DNA of 64,000 nt from Macrostomum lignano (GCA_002269645.1 NIVC01000639.1:280666-344665), one strand, 5' to 3'. Numbered from the stretch's first letter, positions 11,701 through 57,276 are shown. Numbers and translations are program-made. The notes: a model not told the origin generated them from the sequence alone.

Positions 11701-14700
11701 ACTGAACAGCCCAGAACACAGCCTTACAGACAGTCTGAACAGCCACAGAACACAGCCTTACAGTCTGAACAGCCACAGAACACAGCCTTACAGACAGTCT
11801 GAACAGCCACAGAACACAGCCTTACAGACAGTCTGAACAGCCACAGAACACAGCCTTACAGACAGTCTGAACAGCCACAGAACACAGCCTTACAGACTGA
11901 ATGAACAGCCACAGAACACAGCCTTACAGACAGTCTGAACAGCCACAGAACACAGCCTTACAGACTGGCTGAACAGCCACAGAACACAGCCTTACAGACA
12001 GTCTGAACAGCCACAGAACACAGCCTTACAGACTGAATGAACAGCCACAGAACACAGCCTTACAGACAGTCTGAACAGCCACAGAACACAGCCTTACAGA
12101 CTGAATGAACAGCCACAGAACACAGCCTTACAGACTGACTGAACAGCCACAGAACACAGCCTTACAATCTGAATGAACAGCCACAGAACACAGCCTTACA
12201 GTCTGAATGAACAGCCACAGAACACAGCCTTACAGACAGTCTGAACAGCCACAGAACACAGCCTTACAGTCTGAATGAACAGCCACAGAACACAGCCTTA
12301 CAGACTGACTGAACAGCCACAGAACACGGCCTTACAGACTGAATGAACAGCCACAGAACACAGCCTTACAGACTGAATGAACAGCCACAGAGCACAGCCT
12401 TACAGACAGTCTGAACAGCCACAGAACACAGCCTTACAGACTGAATGAACAGCCACAGAACACAGCCTTATATCCCGGTGACTCACAGAGCAGCGGAATC
12501 GAACCTTGGCCCCATCATAGAATGAGCAGCCCACAATGTTCAGTCGCAGGTTGTTGCTCAGTGGCTCCCGCGGGCTCCACAGGCAGCCGTAGTCGCCCCC
12601 GGCTGGCGGCAGACCGCCCGTCAGTCGGCGAAGCTTCGCCTCGGTGGCGTCGTCTAGCGGTGACGGCCCGTCCGGCGGCGACTCCCGCCAGAGCTGCGCC
12701 TCGCCGAGGTAGGCGGAGCTGCCGGCCAGGGCGGTCAACAGCCGGTGGCGCTGCAGATGGAACTGCGCCTGCCAGACCCTGCGGATCTCCGCGCTTTTGA
12801 GGGAGAAGGGAATGAGAGTATGCTGAGAGTAAATGCGAGAGTGGGCTGAGAGTAGAGGGAGAGTAGACTGAGAGTAGAGGGAGAGTAGACTGAGAGTAAG
12901 GGTGGGAGTAGGCTGAGAGTAAGGGTGGGAGTAGGCTGAGAGTAAGGGTGGGAGTAGGCTGAGAGTAAGGGTGGGAGTAGGCTGAGAGTAAGGGTGGGAG
13001 TAGGCTGAGAGTAAGGGTGGGAGTAGGCTGAGAGTAAGGGTGGGAGTAGGCTGAGAGTACATTTAGAGTGGGCTTTGAGTGAGAGCAGAGTTGGGCCTGT
13101 CAGCCGAAGCGGTTGATTTTGGGATTTCGTGGTTTTTTGCTTCCCAAAATCATCCCTGCTCAAACAATGCGCTGCCTGGCTGGCAACCGGAAACCGGCCG
13201 GCTGTTCCGCTTCACACAGCGCGGGCAGGTTGCTCCCGAGCCCCGCTTTGTTCCCAGGAAATGCGAGATGGGAGAATGGGGATTCTTCGGCCAGCGCGGG
13301 ACTGGGGATCTGGACGGGAGGCTGGGACGAGGCGGTGAGAAAGGAAGACGGGACGAAAAACATTCCGGGTCCGGCTTTTTGAGAGGCGCAGGCCGGGGAT
13401 GCTGGGAGCAACAACTGATGGAGCTGGCAGTCCTTGTCCCCATTGTTCCCCAGTCGGATTGCGACGTCTCTTCTGGAAGCAGAAAAAAATCTTTCAGGTA
13501 GAGCGCGGAACAATTTTCGGCGGCAAACAGGGCTTGGATTTCCCGAACAGGGGGGTGGGAGATTTATCCCCTGCGATCTGACAGCTGCGTGACTTCGTGC
13601 GGCTGAATTCCTCAGGGCGCGGCTGGGGACTGATTGAGAACCTGTTTTGGACATGGCTGGGGGCTGATTGAGAACCTGTTTTGGACATGGCTGGGGGCTG
13701 ATTGAGAACCTGTTTTCGACATGGCTGGGGGCTGATTGAGAACCTGCTTTGGACATGGCTGGGGACTGATTGAGAACCTGCTTTGGACATGGCTGGGGGC
13801 TGATTGAGAACCTGTTTTGGACATGGCTGGGGGCTGATTGAGAACCTGTTTTGGACATGGCTGGGGGCTGATTGAGAACCTGTTTTGGACATGGCTGGGG
13901 GCTGATTGAGAACCTGTTTTGGACATGGCTGGGGACTGATTGAGAACCTGTTTTGGACATGGCTGGGGGCTGATTGAGAACCTGTTTTGGACATGGCTGG
14001 GGGCTGATTGAGAACCTGTTTTGGACATGGCTGGGGGCTGATTGAGAACCTGTTTTTGACATGGCTGGGGACTGATTGAGAACCTGTTTTGGACATGGCT
14101 GGGGGCTGATTGAGAACCTGTTTTGGACATGGCTGGGGGCTGATTGAGAACCTGTTTTGGACATGGCTGGGGGCTGATTGAGAACCTGTTTTGGACATGG
14201 CTGGGGGCTGATTGAGAACCTGTTTTGGACATGGCTGGGGGCTGATTGAGAACCTGTTTTGGACATGGCTGGGGGCTGATTGAGAACCTGTTTTGGACAT
14301 GGCTGGGGACTGATTGAGAACCTGTTTTGGACATGGCTGGGGGCTGATTGAGAACCTGTTTTGGACATGGCTGGGGGCTGATTGAGAACCTGTTTTGGAC
14401 ATGGCTGGGGGCTGATTGAGAACCTGTTTTCGACATGGCTGGGGGCTGATTGAGAACCTGTTTTGGACATGGCTGGGGACTGATTGAGAACCTGTTTTGG
14501 ACATGGCTGGGGACTGATTGAGAACCTGTTTTCGACATGGCTGGGGGCTGATTGAGAACCTGTTTTGGACATGGCTGGGGACTGATTGAGAACCTGTTTT
14601 GGACATGGCTGGGGGCTGATTGAGAACCTGTTTTGGACATGGCTGGGGACTGATTGAGAACCTGTTTTGGACATGGCTGGGGACTGATTGAGAACCTGTT

Positions 14701-17539
14701 TTGGACATGGCTGGGGCTGATTGAGAACCTGTTTTGGACATGGCTGGGGGCTGATTGAGAACCTGTTTTGGACATGGCTGGGGACTGATTGAGAACCTGT
14801 TTTGGACATGGCTGGGGCTGATTGAGAACCTGTTTTGGACATGGCTGGGGGCTGATTGAGAACCTGTTTTGGACATGGCTGGGGCTGATTGAGAACCTGT
14901 TTTGGACATGGCTGGGGACTGATTGAGAACCTGTTTTGGACATGGCTGGGGACTGATTGAGAACCTGTTTTGGACATGGCTGGGGGCTGATTGAGAACCT
15001 GTTTTGGACATGGCTGGGGACTGATTGAGAACCTGTTTTGGACATGGCTGGGGACTGATTGAGAACCTGTTTTGGACATGGCTGGGGGCTGATTGAGAAC
15101 CTGTTTTGGACATGGCTGGGGGCTGATTGAGAACCTGTTTTGGACATGGCTGGGGACTGATTGAGAACCTGTTTTGGACATGGCTGGGGGCTGATTGAGA
15201 ACCTGTTTTCGACATGGCTGGGGACTGATTGAGAACCTGTTTTGGACATGGCTGGGGGCTGATTGAGAACCTGTTTTCGACATGGCTGGGGACTGATTGA
15301 GAACCTGTTTTGGACATGGCTGGGGACTGATTGAGAACCTGTTTTGGACATGGCTGGGGGCTGATTGAGAACCTGTTTTCGACATGGCTGGGGGCTGATT
15401 GAGAACCTGTTTTGGACATGGCTGGGGACTGATTGAGAACCTGTTTTGGACATGGCTGGGGACTGATTGAGAACCTGTTTTGGACATGGCTGGGGGCTGA
15501 TTGAGAACCTGTTTTGGACATGGCTGGGGACTGATTGAGAACCTGTTTTGGACATGGCTGGGGGCTGATTGAGAACCTGTTTTGGACATGGCTGGGGACT
15601 GATTGAGAACCTGTTTTGGACATGGCTGGGGACTGATTGAGAACCTGTTTTGGACATGGCTGGGGCTGATTGAGAACCTGTTTTGGACATGGCTGGGGGC
15701 TGATTGAGAACCTGTTTTGGACATGGCTGGGGACTGATTGAGAACCTGTTTTGGACATGGCTGGGGGCTGATTGAGAACCTGTTTTGGACATGGCTGGGG
15801 CTGATTGAGAACCTGTTTTGGACATGGCTGGGGACTGATTGAGAACCTGTTTTGGACATGGCTGGGGGCTGATTGAGAACCTGTTTTGGACATGGCTGGG
15901 GACTGATTGAGAACCTGTTTTGGACATGGCTGGGGACTGATTGAGAACCTGTTTTGGACATGGCTGGGGGCTGATTGAGAACCTGTTTTGGACATGGCTG
16001 GGGGCTGATTGAGAACCTGTTTTGGACATGGCTGGGGACTGATTGAGAACCTGTTTTGGACATGGCTGGGGGCTGATTGAGAACCTGTTTTCGACATGGC
16101 TGGGGACTGATTGAGAACCTGTTTTGGACATGGCTGGGGGCTGATTGAGAACCTGTTTTCGACATGGCTGGGGACTGATTGAGAACCTGTTTTGGACATG
16201 GCTGGGGGCTGATTGAGAACCTGTTTTGGACATGGCTGGGGGCTGATTGAGAACCTGTTTTCGACATGGCTGGGGACTGATTGAGAACCTGTTTTGGACA
16301 TGGCTGGGGGCTGAGAAGGTAGAGCCCAGCTGAACAGAATACTGCGACTAGGCTCCTATGCGCTGAGTATGGGAGTAATTAGCGTTGAATGAAGTAGATA
16401 ACTTAAAGTGGGTTATCTTTTAGTATAGGTAGAGCGCTGCTGTAGCTTATGAGAGCAGGGTCACTTGGGGGCGGGCAGTGGCACTCACTCAGAGTAGGGC
16501 AGGGCACTCAGCAGCACTCACTCAGAGTAGAGCAGGGCACTCGGCGGCACTCACTCAGAGTAAGAAAGGACACTCAACGGCACTCACTCAGAGTAGGGCA
16601 GGGTACTTAGCGGCACTCACTCAGAGTAGGACAGGGCACTCAGTGGCAGTCACTCAGAGTAGGACAGGGCACTCAGCGGCACTCACTCAGAGCAAAACAG
16701 GACACTCAGCGGCACTCACTCAGAGTAAGACAGGACACTCAGCGGCACTCACTCAGAGCAAGACAGGGCACTCAACGGCACTCACTCAGAGTAGGACAGG
16801 ACACTCAGCAGCACTCACTCAGAGTAGGACAGGGCACTCAGCAGCACTCACTCAGAGTAGGACAGGACACTCAGCAGCACTCACTCAGAGTAGGACAGGG
16901 CACTCAGCAGCACTCACTCAGAGTAGGACAGGGCACTCAGTGGCACTCACTCAGAGTAGGACAGGGCACTCAGCGGCACTCACTCAGAGTAGGACAGGGC
17001 ACTCAGCGGCACTCACTCAGAGTAGGACAGGGCACTCAGCGGCACTCACTCAGAGTAGGACAGGGCACTCAGTGGCACTCACTCAGAGTAGGACAGGGCA
17101 CTCAGCGGCACTCACTCAGAGTAGGACAGGGCACTCAGCGGCACTCACTCAGAGTAGGACAGGGCACTCAGCGGCACTCACTCAGAGTAGAAGCCGACAG
17201 GCAATGTCGATGACAGCGCAGGCTTTGGCTGGTCCGCCACAGCTGCCGCCGCTGCCGCAGCCGCCACCGTTGTAGAAGCTGTCGCCGTCCATGGTGTTTC
17301 AAAAGCATCTGGTCGAGCCCAGGCTGCAGAAGCCAGAAGCTGCTGCTGCTGCAGTTGCTGCTGCAGCCAGAAGTGCTGCAGAAGCAGCAGTTGCTGTTGC
17401 TGTTGCTGCAGCAGCGCCAGGGGAATCGGCACCGGTCTTCTTGGAGGCTTTGCCACCCGGCCGCCGGACACGCCGCGACACCTGATGAAGGCCGGCGTCT
17501 CTTCGGGGGGTTGATCAGCCAGGGCGCTGTCCAGGTGAA
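8566..17539 (-). CDS. zf-3CxxC domain protein (receptor-transporting-protein/ZAR1-like); complement exons ~17539..17182, 12793..12487, 9845..9612, 8781..8566; 5' end unresolved
   Basis: Spliced product: ..LPVGFYSD|AEIRRVWQAQF..FYDGAKVRFRCS|QCPKEWTSMKGRIVFHLF..LFRLFKQRCHET..EEPQWYPEEIEK|VMYNVFWRIGQTLY..RRAGNPNRKHDRTGCQACQLGFC..*. From recalled family knowledge this matches invertebrate RTP-like 3CxxC proteins (AKVRFxCxxC..WTSMKGR..WYPEE..H....CQAC..G.C). Phases 2/0/0 are consistent. Confidence 0.78.
8810..9580. repeat. 31-bp minisatellite GACCCGTGCTCTGATCCTTCACCACCTGTAT (intron)
   Basis: ~25 copies. Confidence 0.96.
9612..9845 (-). CDS. zf-3CxxC gene exon (QCPKEWTSMKGR..WYPEEIEK)
   Basis: acceptor cgccag at 9846 completes CSQC; donor AAG|GTGCGG at 9611 (alternative donor 9584, alternative acceptor 9864). 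Confidence 0.8.
10375..12470. repeat. 30/34-bp minisatellite GAACAGCCACAGAACACAGCCTTACAGACAGTCT (intron)
   Basis: ~60 copies; the variant GAACAGCCCA recurs 463 bp apart (11241, 11704). Confidence 0.96.
12487..12793 (-). CDS. zf-3CxxC gene exon (ends GAKVRFRCS)
   Basis: pyrimidine tract + aaaag acceptor at 12794; donor GTGAGT at 12486; GC-rich coding. Confidence 0.8.
12840..13055. repeat. 23-bp minisatellite GAGAGTAAGGGTGGGAGTAGGCT
   Basis: tandem copies next to the 12794 acceptor. Confidence 0.9.
13620..16312. repeat. 34-bp minisatellite GGCTGGGG(A/G)CTGATTGAGAACCTGTTTTGGACAT
   Basis: ~79 highly homogeneous copies. Confidence 0.97.
16478..17190. repeat. 33-bp minisatellite containing a copy of the exon/intron donor junction (22 copies)
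   Basis: CACTCACTCAGAG at 16482 + 33n up to 17175. Confidence 0.95.
17182..17539 (-). CDS. zf-3CxxC gene upstream exon (polyGln/polyAla low-complexity N-terminal region); 5' boundary uncertain
   Basis: frame open 17591 to 17182; donor GA|GTGAGT at 17181 (phase 2) matches the acceptor at 12794; no in-frame ATG in this exon. Confidence 0.55.
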
Positions 17540-18257
17540 CTGTCAGGTGGGTTGCCAGGTTTCCCAGGTGTCCGCAGTTTTGACTGAACCTTTAGTAGCC
17601 CTGACATCCTCCTTTCAGTTCTGACATCCAATTTGGGCTCATGACACCCTTTTTGGGAACTTCTGAGATTCTCTTACCTGAATCTGTAGGTGTTTCTGAC
17701 AGCCAATTTTGAGTGACAGCCAGTTCACCTGCACCTGACTAACATCAGAGTACCCAGGGCCCTGACACCCACCGCCTTGACACTCACCAAGAGTCCTGGC
17801 ACCCATCTAGAGGCCCTGACACCCTAGGGAAACAAGTGTTGTCCTATGAAATACTCGGTTCCCCAACTCACCTGCTTTCCCAAGAGCAGTGACTACGAGT
17901 GTCCTACAATATGTTCCGAAGGAGCTCAGAATTCTGAAGAGTGGCCTCTAAAAGGAGCGAGTTCACCTGAGCTCAGTCTCGTGTGGGCGTCAGAAAAGCT
18001 CGATTTGAAGCCCGGCCACGCCTGTCCGCCTGGCTGATTGATGCAGGTCGCATGTGGCCTCCCCTGCGGTTATCGAATCAGCTTCCTTTGAGAGATTCTT
18101 CATCAGATCCTGAGCAACCGATTCTGGCCTGCATGACGGCTTCTCATTGGCCCGCGGGAGAAATTATGCTAAACTGTTCTCAGCCACAGGTGTGATACTC
18201 GGGTAGTAGGCTTTTAGCCCTATAGTACATGCCGTCCAATGTCAATTCCACATGTAT

Positions 18258-18430
18258 TTGAGTGTACACTCAGTCCAAATACACAATTCTACTTGAGTGT
18301 ACACTCAGTCCAAATACACAATTCTCTTTGAGTGTACACTCAGTCCAAATACACAATTCTCTTTGAGTGTACACTCAGTCCAAATACACAATTCTCTTTG
18401 AGTGTACACTCAGTCCAAATACACAATTCC
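18258..18430. repeat. 35-bp repeat x5 carrying the palindrome TGAGTGTACACTCA
   Basis: copies at 18259, 18294, 18329, 18364, 18399. Confidence 0.93.
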
Positions 18431-18496
18431 AATCTTCCTCGATTTAGAAACAACTTAAAAGTTTAAGTTGACTGAGGGTTGAAGGAGCAGTGGGTG

Positions 18497-18915
18497 AGCA
18501 CTGTCACTCACCCAGCACTGTCACTCAACCAGCACTGTCACTCAACCAGCTGTCACTCACCCAGGACTGTCACTCAACCAGCACCGTCACTCACCCAGCA
18601 CTGTCACTCAACCAGCACTGTCACTCAACCAGCTGTCACTCACCCAGGACTGTCACTCAACCAGCACCGTCACTCACCCAGCACTATCTGTCACTCACCC
18701 AGCACTAGCTGTCACTCACCCAGCACTAGCTGTCACTCAACCAGCACTAGCTGTCACTCACCCAGCACTAGCTGTCACTCAACCAGCACTAGCAGTCACT
18801 CACCCAGCACCGTCACTCACCCAGCACTATCAATCACCCATCATTATCACTCACCCAGCACTGTCACTCACCCAGCACTGTCACTCACCCATCATTATCA
18901 CTCACCAAGCATTGT
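18497..18915. repeat. ~17-bp minisatellite CAGCACTGTCACTCA(A/C)C
   Basis: degenerate tandem copies. Confidence 0.88.
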
Positions 18916-18919
18916 CACC

Positions 18920-20613
18920 TAATTTTATGTAATGTCATGAATTTCCAAGTTCTAAAAATAATATTTTTTACTATCAAACCCCATTATGCAAACAGTAATT
19001 ATAAAATTGGAAAATTGGAAAGAGTATACATTTAAAATCAGTATTCTAAAAACCTTGCAGGGCCTATTTAATAGTAGTGAAAGTTTCTTATTTCTTATAA
19101 TTTAACCTTAACATTTACAGTTTAACTGTGGTAGTTTTAGAACCCTAAATGATTCATTCATTTTTTAATGTAAACCAATGTAAATAATTTAAACTGTAAA
19201 CTAGTATGGTGTGTTTGTAAATGCAGCTTATTTATTTTGATGTGTTATTTAAAACTATAATTCTAATTTTGAAATTATATAAAATAATATTGTTTTAATA
19301 TACAAACAAATACTATAAATACCTTAGGTAGATCTATAACAATTTTGTTTTTTGTTTATTTTATTGGTGAACAATGTAAAAAATGATATGACTAGGCAGT
19401 CTAGCCCTTTTATTAAAAGTTGTGAAAATATAAATAAGTATTTTCATGCTTCAGGTCCCGGGATATACATTCTCATTGCTACATTGCCACAAAAGCTATT
19501 TAGGTATAACCAGGGCCGGAACTAGTGTATAAATTCGACCTGGACTCGTTTTTAATATTAAAAATTAAATTTTTGCTTTCTCTCAGAAGAGCAAAAATAG
19601 ATTTTTTGCTTAGGACATTATCGATTAAGAGGTATCATTGAACTAAAAGAATACGGTTTGTCTGGATGATTCGCAATGTTTTTTCAGAGAGGGGACTTGC
19701 AACTCGTTCGTTTTCACACGAAATACCAAACAAGCCAAGAACTCGCACGACTAAGATGAAAATAAAATTAAAGTGTAAATCACAGAGATACTTACTTATT
19801 TGATGACGGTGTGGATATGTGTTTAACTAATACATCGAAAGATAGTATAATCCAGGAACGTATGTACAGCGCTGCATGTCCGCGGCACGTTGCTAATTTT
19901 TAAACGCAGATACTTAGCGTTTTGCGCATTTTAACAAATATAATGTATTAGCAAACCCATTTCTTAAGAATTAGAATACAATTTTTAGTATATGGATTGT
20001 TAATTTTTTTTATCGAAAGCAAAATTCTGAAACATAATACTAAGGTACGTTTGTAAGCAAAAAAGTTGTTAACTCTTTCGATAAATTTAAATTATACATG
20101 TGGTCGACGAAGTGCTCACTCCATGCAAAAATCATACGGCTTTAGCTGGTCATCATCAACGTGGAATTTCAATGCAAGAAACAAACAGTTATGCAGAATA
20201 AATTTGGTAACAAGTGAGTTCTTACAAATGTAAAGTAATTCTCACTTAAATATTTCTTAATACTGCTAAAATTATTATATAACTCTGAAATTAAGACAAA
20301 TATACTATTACCTGTTTGTTCTTAAATAGCTCATAGAAACCTTATTCGTTTCCTAATAAAACTGCAAGAACAACAATGACACAAAATTATTTAACAACGT
20401 TCTCTGTTTACAGCATAAAACGCTTAGCTGTCTTATGCATGTTTATGTTTACAATATTATTATTACTTGTAACAGAAAAAAAATTTTGTTCGTCATTTTG
20501 CGGAAGTTTTTTTGCTATTTTATCGGAAAGTCACAATTAGAGCAGAGTATATTTAGTTAAAAGTAGATTCTAACGAACTGCTTTCTGAACACACTAAAAT
20601 GGCTATTTGACAG
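18920..20613. promoter_or_regulatory. AT-rich divergent intergenic region (candidate promoter/outron) between the zf-3CxxC gene (-) and the Fat-like gene (+); ends in acceptor tttgacag 25 nt before the Fat ATG
   Basis: sharp drop in GC, no coding signal, head-to-head gene geometry. Confidence 0.4.
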
Positions 20614-20637
20614 GTAGTCAAGTGCTTGAAGCAAAGG

Positions 20638-54347
<33,710 letters not shown>

Positions 54348-54371
54348 GTGAGTCTGCGGAAATTGAGAAAT

Positions 54372-54720
54372 TGGTAGATCTGCCGCTTATCTACTTAGGA
54401 GAGGAGGTAGATCTGCCGCTTATCTACTTATGAGAGGAGGTAAATCTGCCGCTTATCTACTTATGAGAGGAGGTAGATCTGCCGCTTATCTGCTTAGGAG
54501 AGGAGGTAGATCTGCCGCTTATCTACTTATGAGAGGAGGTAGATCTGCCGCTTATCTACTTATGAGAGGAGGTAGATCTGCCGCTTATCTACTTATGAGA
54601 GGAGGTAGATCTGCCGCTTATCTACTTAGAAGAGGAGGTAAATCTGCCGCTTATCTACTTAGGAGAGGAGGTAGATCTGCCGCTTATCTACTTATGAAAG
54701 GAGGTAGATCTGCCGCTTAA
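54372..54720. repeat. 33-bp minisatellite GAGGAGGTAGATCTGCCGCTTATCTACTTATGA (GTAGAT/ATCTAC hairpin per unit)
   Basis: ~10 copies. Confidence 0.93.
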
Positions 54721-56034
54721 AAAATTAGAGCTCAATCTACACGCTTATCTACTGTTAGTAATGCAATGGTGTCGCTTTAACAAAAAGGCAATATTCTCCC
54801 GCTTTTCAACAATTTCTTGCCTGGCTACACCCCCTCTTGATGTCAGCAGAACCAGCATTACCATATCTCTCTCTGTGCGGACCTGTGTTTACAGTTTACA
54901 ATTTACAGTTTACAGTTTAGCAGGTCTGCACGGCTTCACTGAGTCAGCCGCCTGTTGACAGGCGTGTCTGGCTGGAGGAGCCCCGCAAAAAAACAACAGA
55001 AGATGGATCGCTCGGTGAACTGCAGGACAGACCCGAGCTGCCATATTTGGAACCGCAGCCTTCAGAGTATCAACTTACTGTTATTAGACTGCACAGGCCG
55101 TCTCCATAAGAACAAACTCGCACAGTGCGCCACTACACAGCTCTCGTTGCACAAATCTCTTAATTGCATTCGCTGTTATCGAATATCCCATTTACGTGTG
55201 CCCGCACACATTTCTGGAATCCCATTTACACTGAACCTCTACAGTTTCTTTCCCCTGACTTAACCCCCCCCCGCTGAGCCGCGCGACCCGCCTGCAGTGC
55301 CGCCCGCTGTGTCCAGAATTGAGTTCTCCAACTCTGCAGGCAGTCTGTGTGAGTGGAGCGTCACAAGTCGTTCAGTTTGTTACCAGGAGATCGAAGTCCA
55401 GAACCCGGAGCAAATGAGTTTCATATCCTCACACCTGTCATGTACACTCACTGTGCTTCGGGGGTTGGCCTTTCTGGGTTTGCATCGACATCGACAATCC
55501 GCCGGCGCGAGAGTCAGACGCCTTTACCGCTGAGCTTGAATGCGCAGCTGGGTGGTTGCGAAATCAGCTGCTGCTAAAACCAGATGCTACATCGCAGCAC
55601 TCCCTGAGCCGCGTTAGGTCTGCAGAGCGATGCAGCCGGGCTTCAGTCAGCCCCAACCCCCCCAGAGTTTTCACACCTCTACAGCCAGCCAGCCCTGCGG
55701 CACGGCCCGTTTCCTCCGGCAGTGGCAGGCAGCCGGTTAGGCTGAATTCCCTCAGGCTTTGGCCACTTTCCATTCACAGCAGCCAGAGGGAAACTGCTGC
55801 GCACTGTTCAATGGTTTCCGGTGCTTCTCAACTGACTCTGAAAAATGTAAAATCACTTTCTAAACTGGGAGATTCTTCCTGGCAGCCTGCGTCCCCATGG
55901 CTCTCTCGCCTGACTCCCCTCTGCTTCTCCGTGACACCTCCTGTGTTCCCCATCGATCTTGCCTTTAATTGCGTAATTCCCAACTTCTTGAGGCCGCTGG
56001 CCTGTCTGATCTTTCATATATTTTATCTCCATCT

Positions 56035-56585
56035 TACTTCTCTGTCTCCCTCACCCCTCTTCCTCTCCGCTCTCTTGTCTCCTTCTCTGTCTCCCTCACC
56101 CCTCTTCCTCTCCGCTCTCTTGTCTCCTTCTCTGTCTCCCTCACCCTCTTCCTCTCCGCTCTCTTGTCTCCTTCTCTGTCTCCCTCACCCCTCTTCCTCT
56201 CCGCTCTCTTGTCTCCTTCTCTGTCTCCCTCACCCCTCTTCCTCTCCGCTCTCTTGTCTCCTTCTCTGTCTCCCTCACCCCTCTTCCTCTCCGCTCTCTT
56301 GTCTCCTTCTCTGTCTCCCTCACCCCTCTTACTATCCGCTCGCTTGTCTCCTTCTCTGTCTCCCTCACCCCTCTTACTATCCGCTCGCTTGTCTCCTTCT
56401 CTGTCTCCCTCACCCCTCTTCCTCTCCGCTCTCTTGTCTCCTTCTCTGTCTCCCTCACCCCTCTTACTATCCGCTCGCTTGTCTCCTTCTCTGTCTCCCT
56501 CACCCCTCTTACTATCCGCTCGCTTGTCTCCTTCTCTGTCTCCCTCACCCCTCTTACTATCCGCTCGCTTGTCTCCTTCTCACTC
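56035..56585. repeat. 45-bp pyrimidine-rich minisatellite
   Basis: ~12 copies. Confidence 0.93.
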
Positions 56586-57276
56586 TCCCTTTGCAGACCC
56601 AAAGAAACCCATGCAGAATAGTTTGAGGTACATAATCGCTCGAAGAATCAAGTCAGGCAGCCAAGCCTCGGAGCAGATCGAGAGACAGACAGGTTTCCCT
56701 CCAGCGGCAAGATGAATCGTGCGCAAAAGAAGAAGAAGTCACCTTCGCGCTGATGGCAGCAATAAATCCGCCTGGTCGACAGGCGGCCCCCACAAGCGCC
56801 GAGTGCGGGCATCTCGTAAATCTAAAAATCGGACAGGCAAACGCAGAGCAGCAGTTTTATGGCAACAGCCCACAGTTGCAAAAGCAGCAAGCTGAACCTC
56901 TACAGGCCATTTCTTCTGGCCGCAAGAAATGTTTGAATAAAGGTGAAACATGCTGGAGCTCTGACCGAGACGCAATTGTGAGCTGCTAAACTTTGCTCCA
57001 AGAGGAACCTGCTCACACTGAGAGTTTGCTCGGAGTGGGCCAGGTGGGATCTAAAAGTGCTCGCCTTCAAGTCTGCTTGGGACTTTCTCAGAGTGGAGAT
57101 TCGCATTGTTCGGTCTGGGGTGGAGGGGAAGTCTGGGGAAACTCGCTGCTAGTGGAGAAGTTTTCAACTCACTCGCTCGCTCCGGCCTCTCAGCCTTTCT
57201 CCTCTTCATTCACCTTCATTCGGGGCGTTAGGCTTGAGCTGCATGCAGTAAGTGGCTCTCCGCAGCCTCCCCACAC

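Noticed and set aside
12495-12505. Perfect Pol III B-box GGTTCGATTCC on the minus strand
   Set aside because: It lies in coding sequence (KVRFR of the zf-3CxxC exon) with no cloverleaf or A-box.
13160-16301. Three 873-1035-aa minus-strand ORFs
   Set aside because: They are translations of a stop-free 34-bp minisatellite inside an intron; all three frames give the same cyclic peptide.
16478-17275. 265-aa + strand ORF (ALTQSRTGHSA repeats)
   Set aside because: Antisense translation of the 33-bp donor-containing array; GTG start and no domain.
19510-19560. CCAGGGCCGGAACTAG, resembling a DNA-transposon/MITE terminus
   Set aside because: No matching inverted terminus or TSD was found in the window.
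54372-54720. GTAGAT/ATCTAC hairpin repeats reminiscent of Cas12a repeats
   Set aside because: No spacers; a plain 33-bp tandem array.
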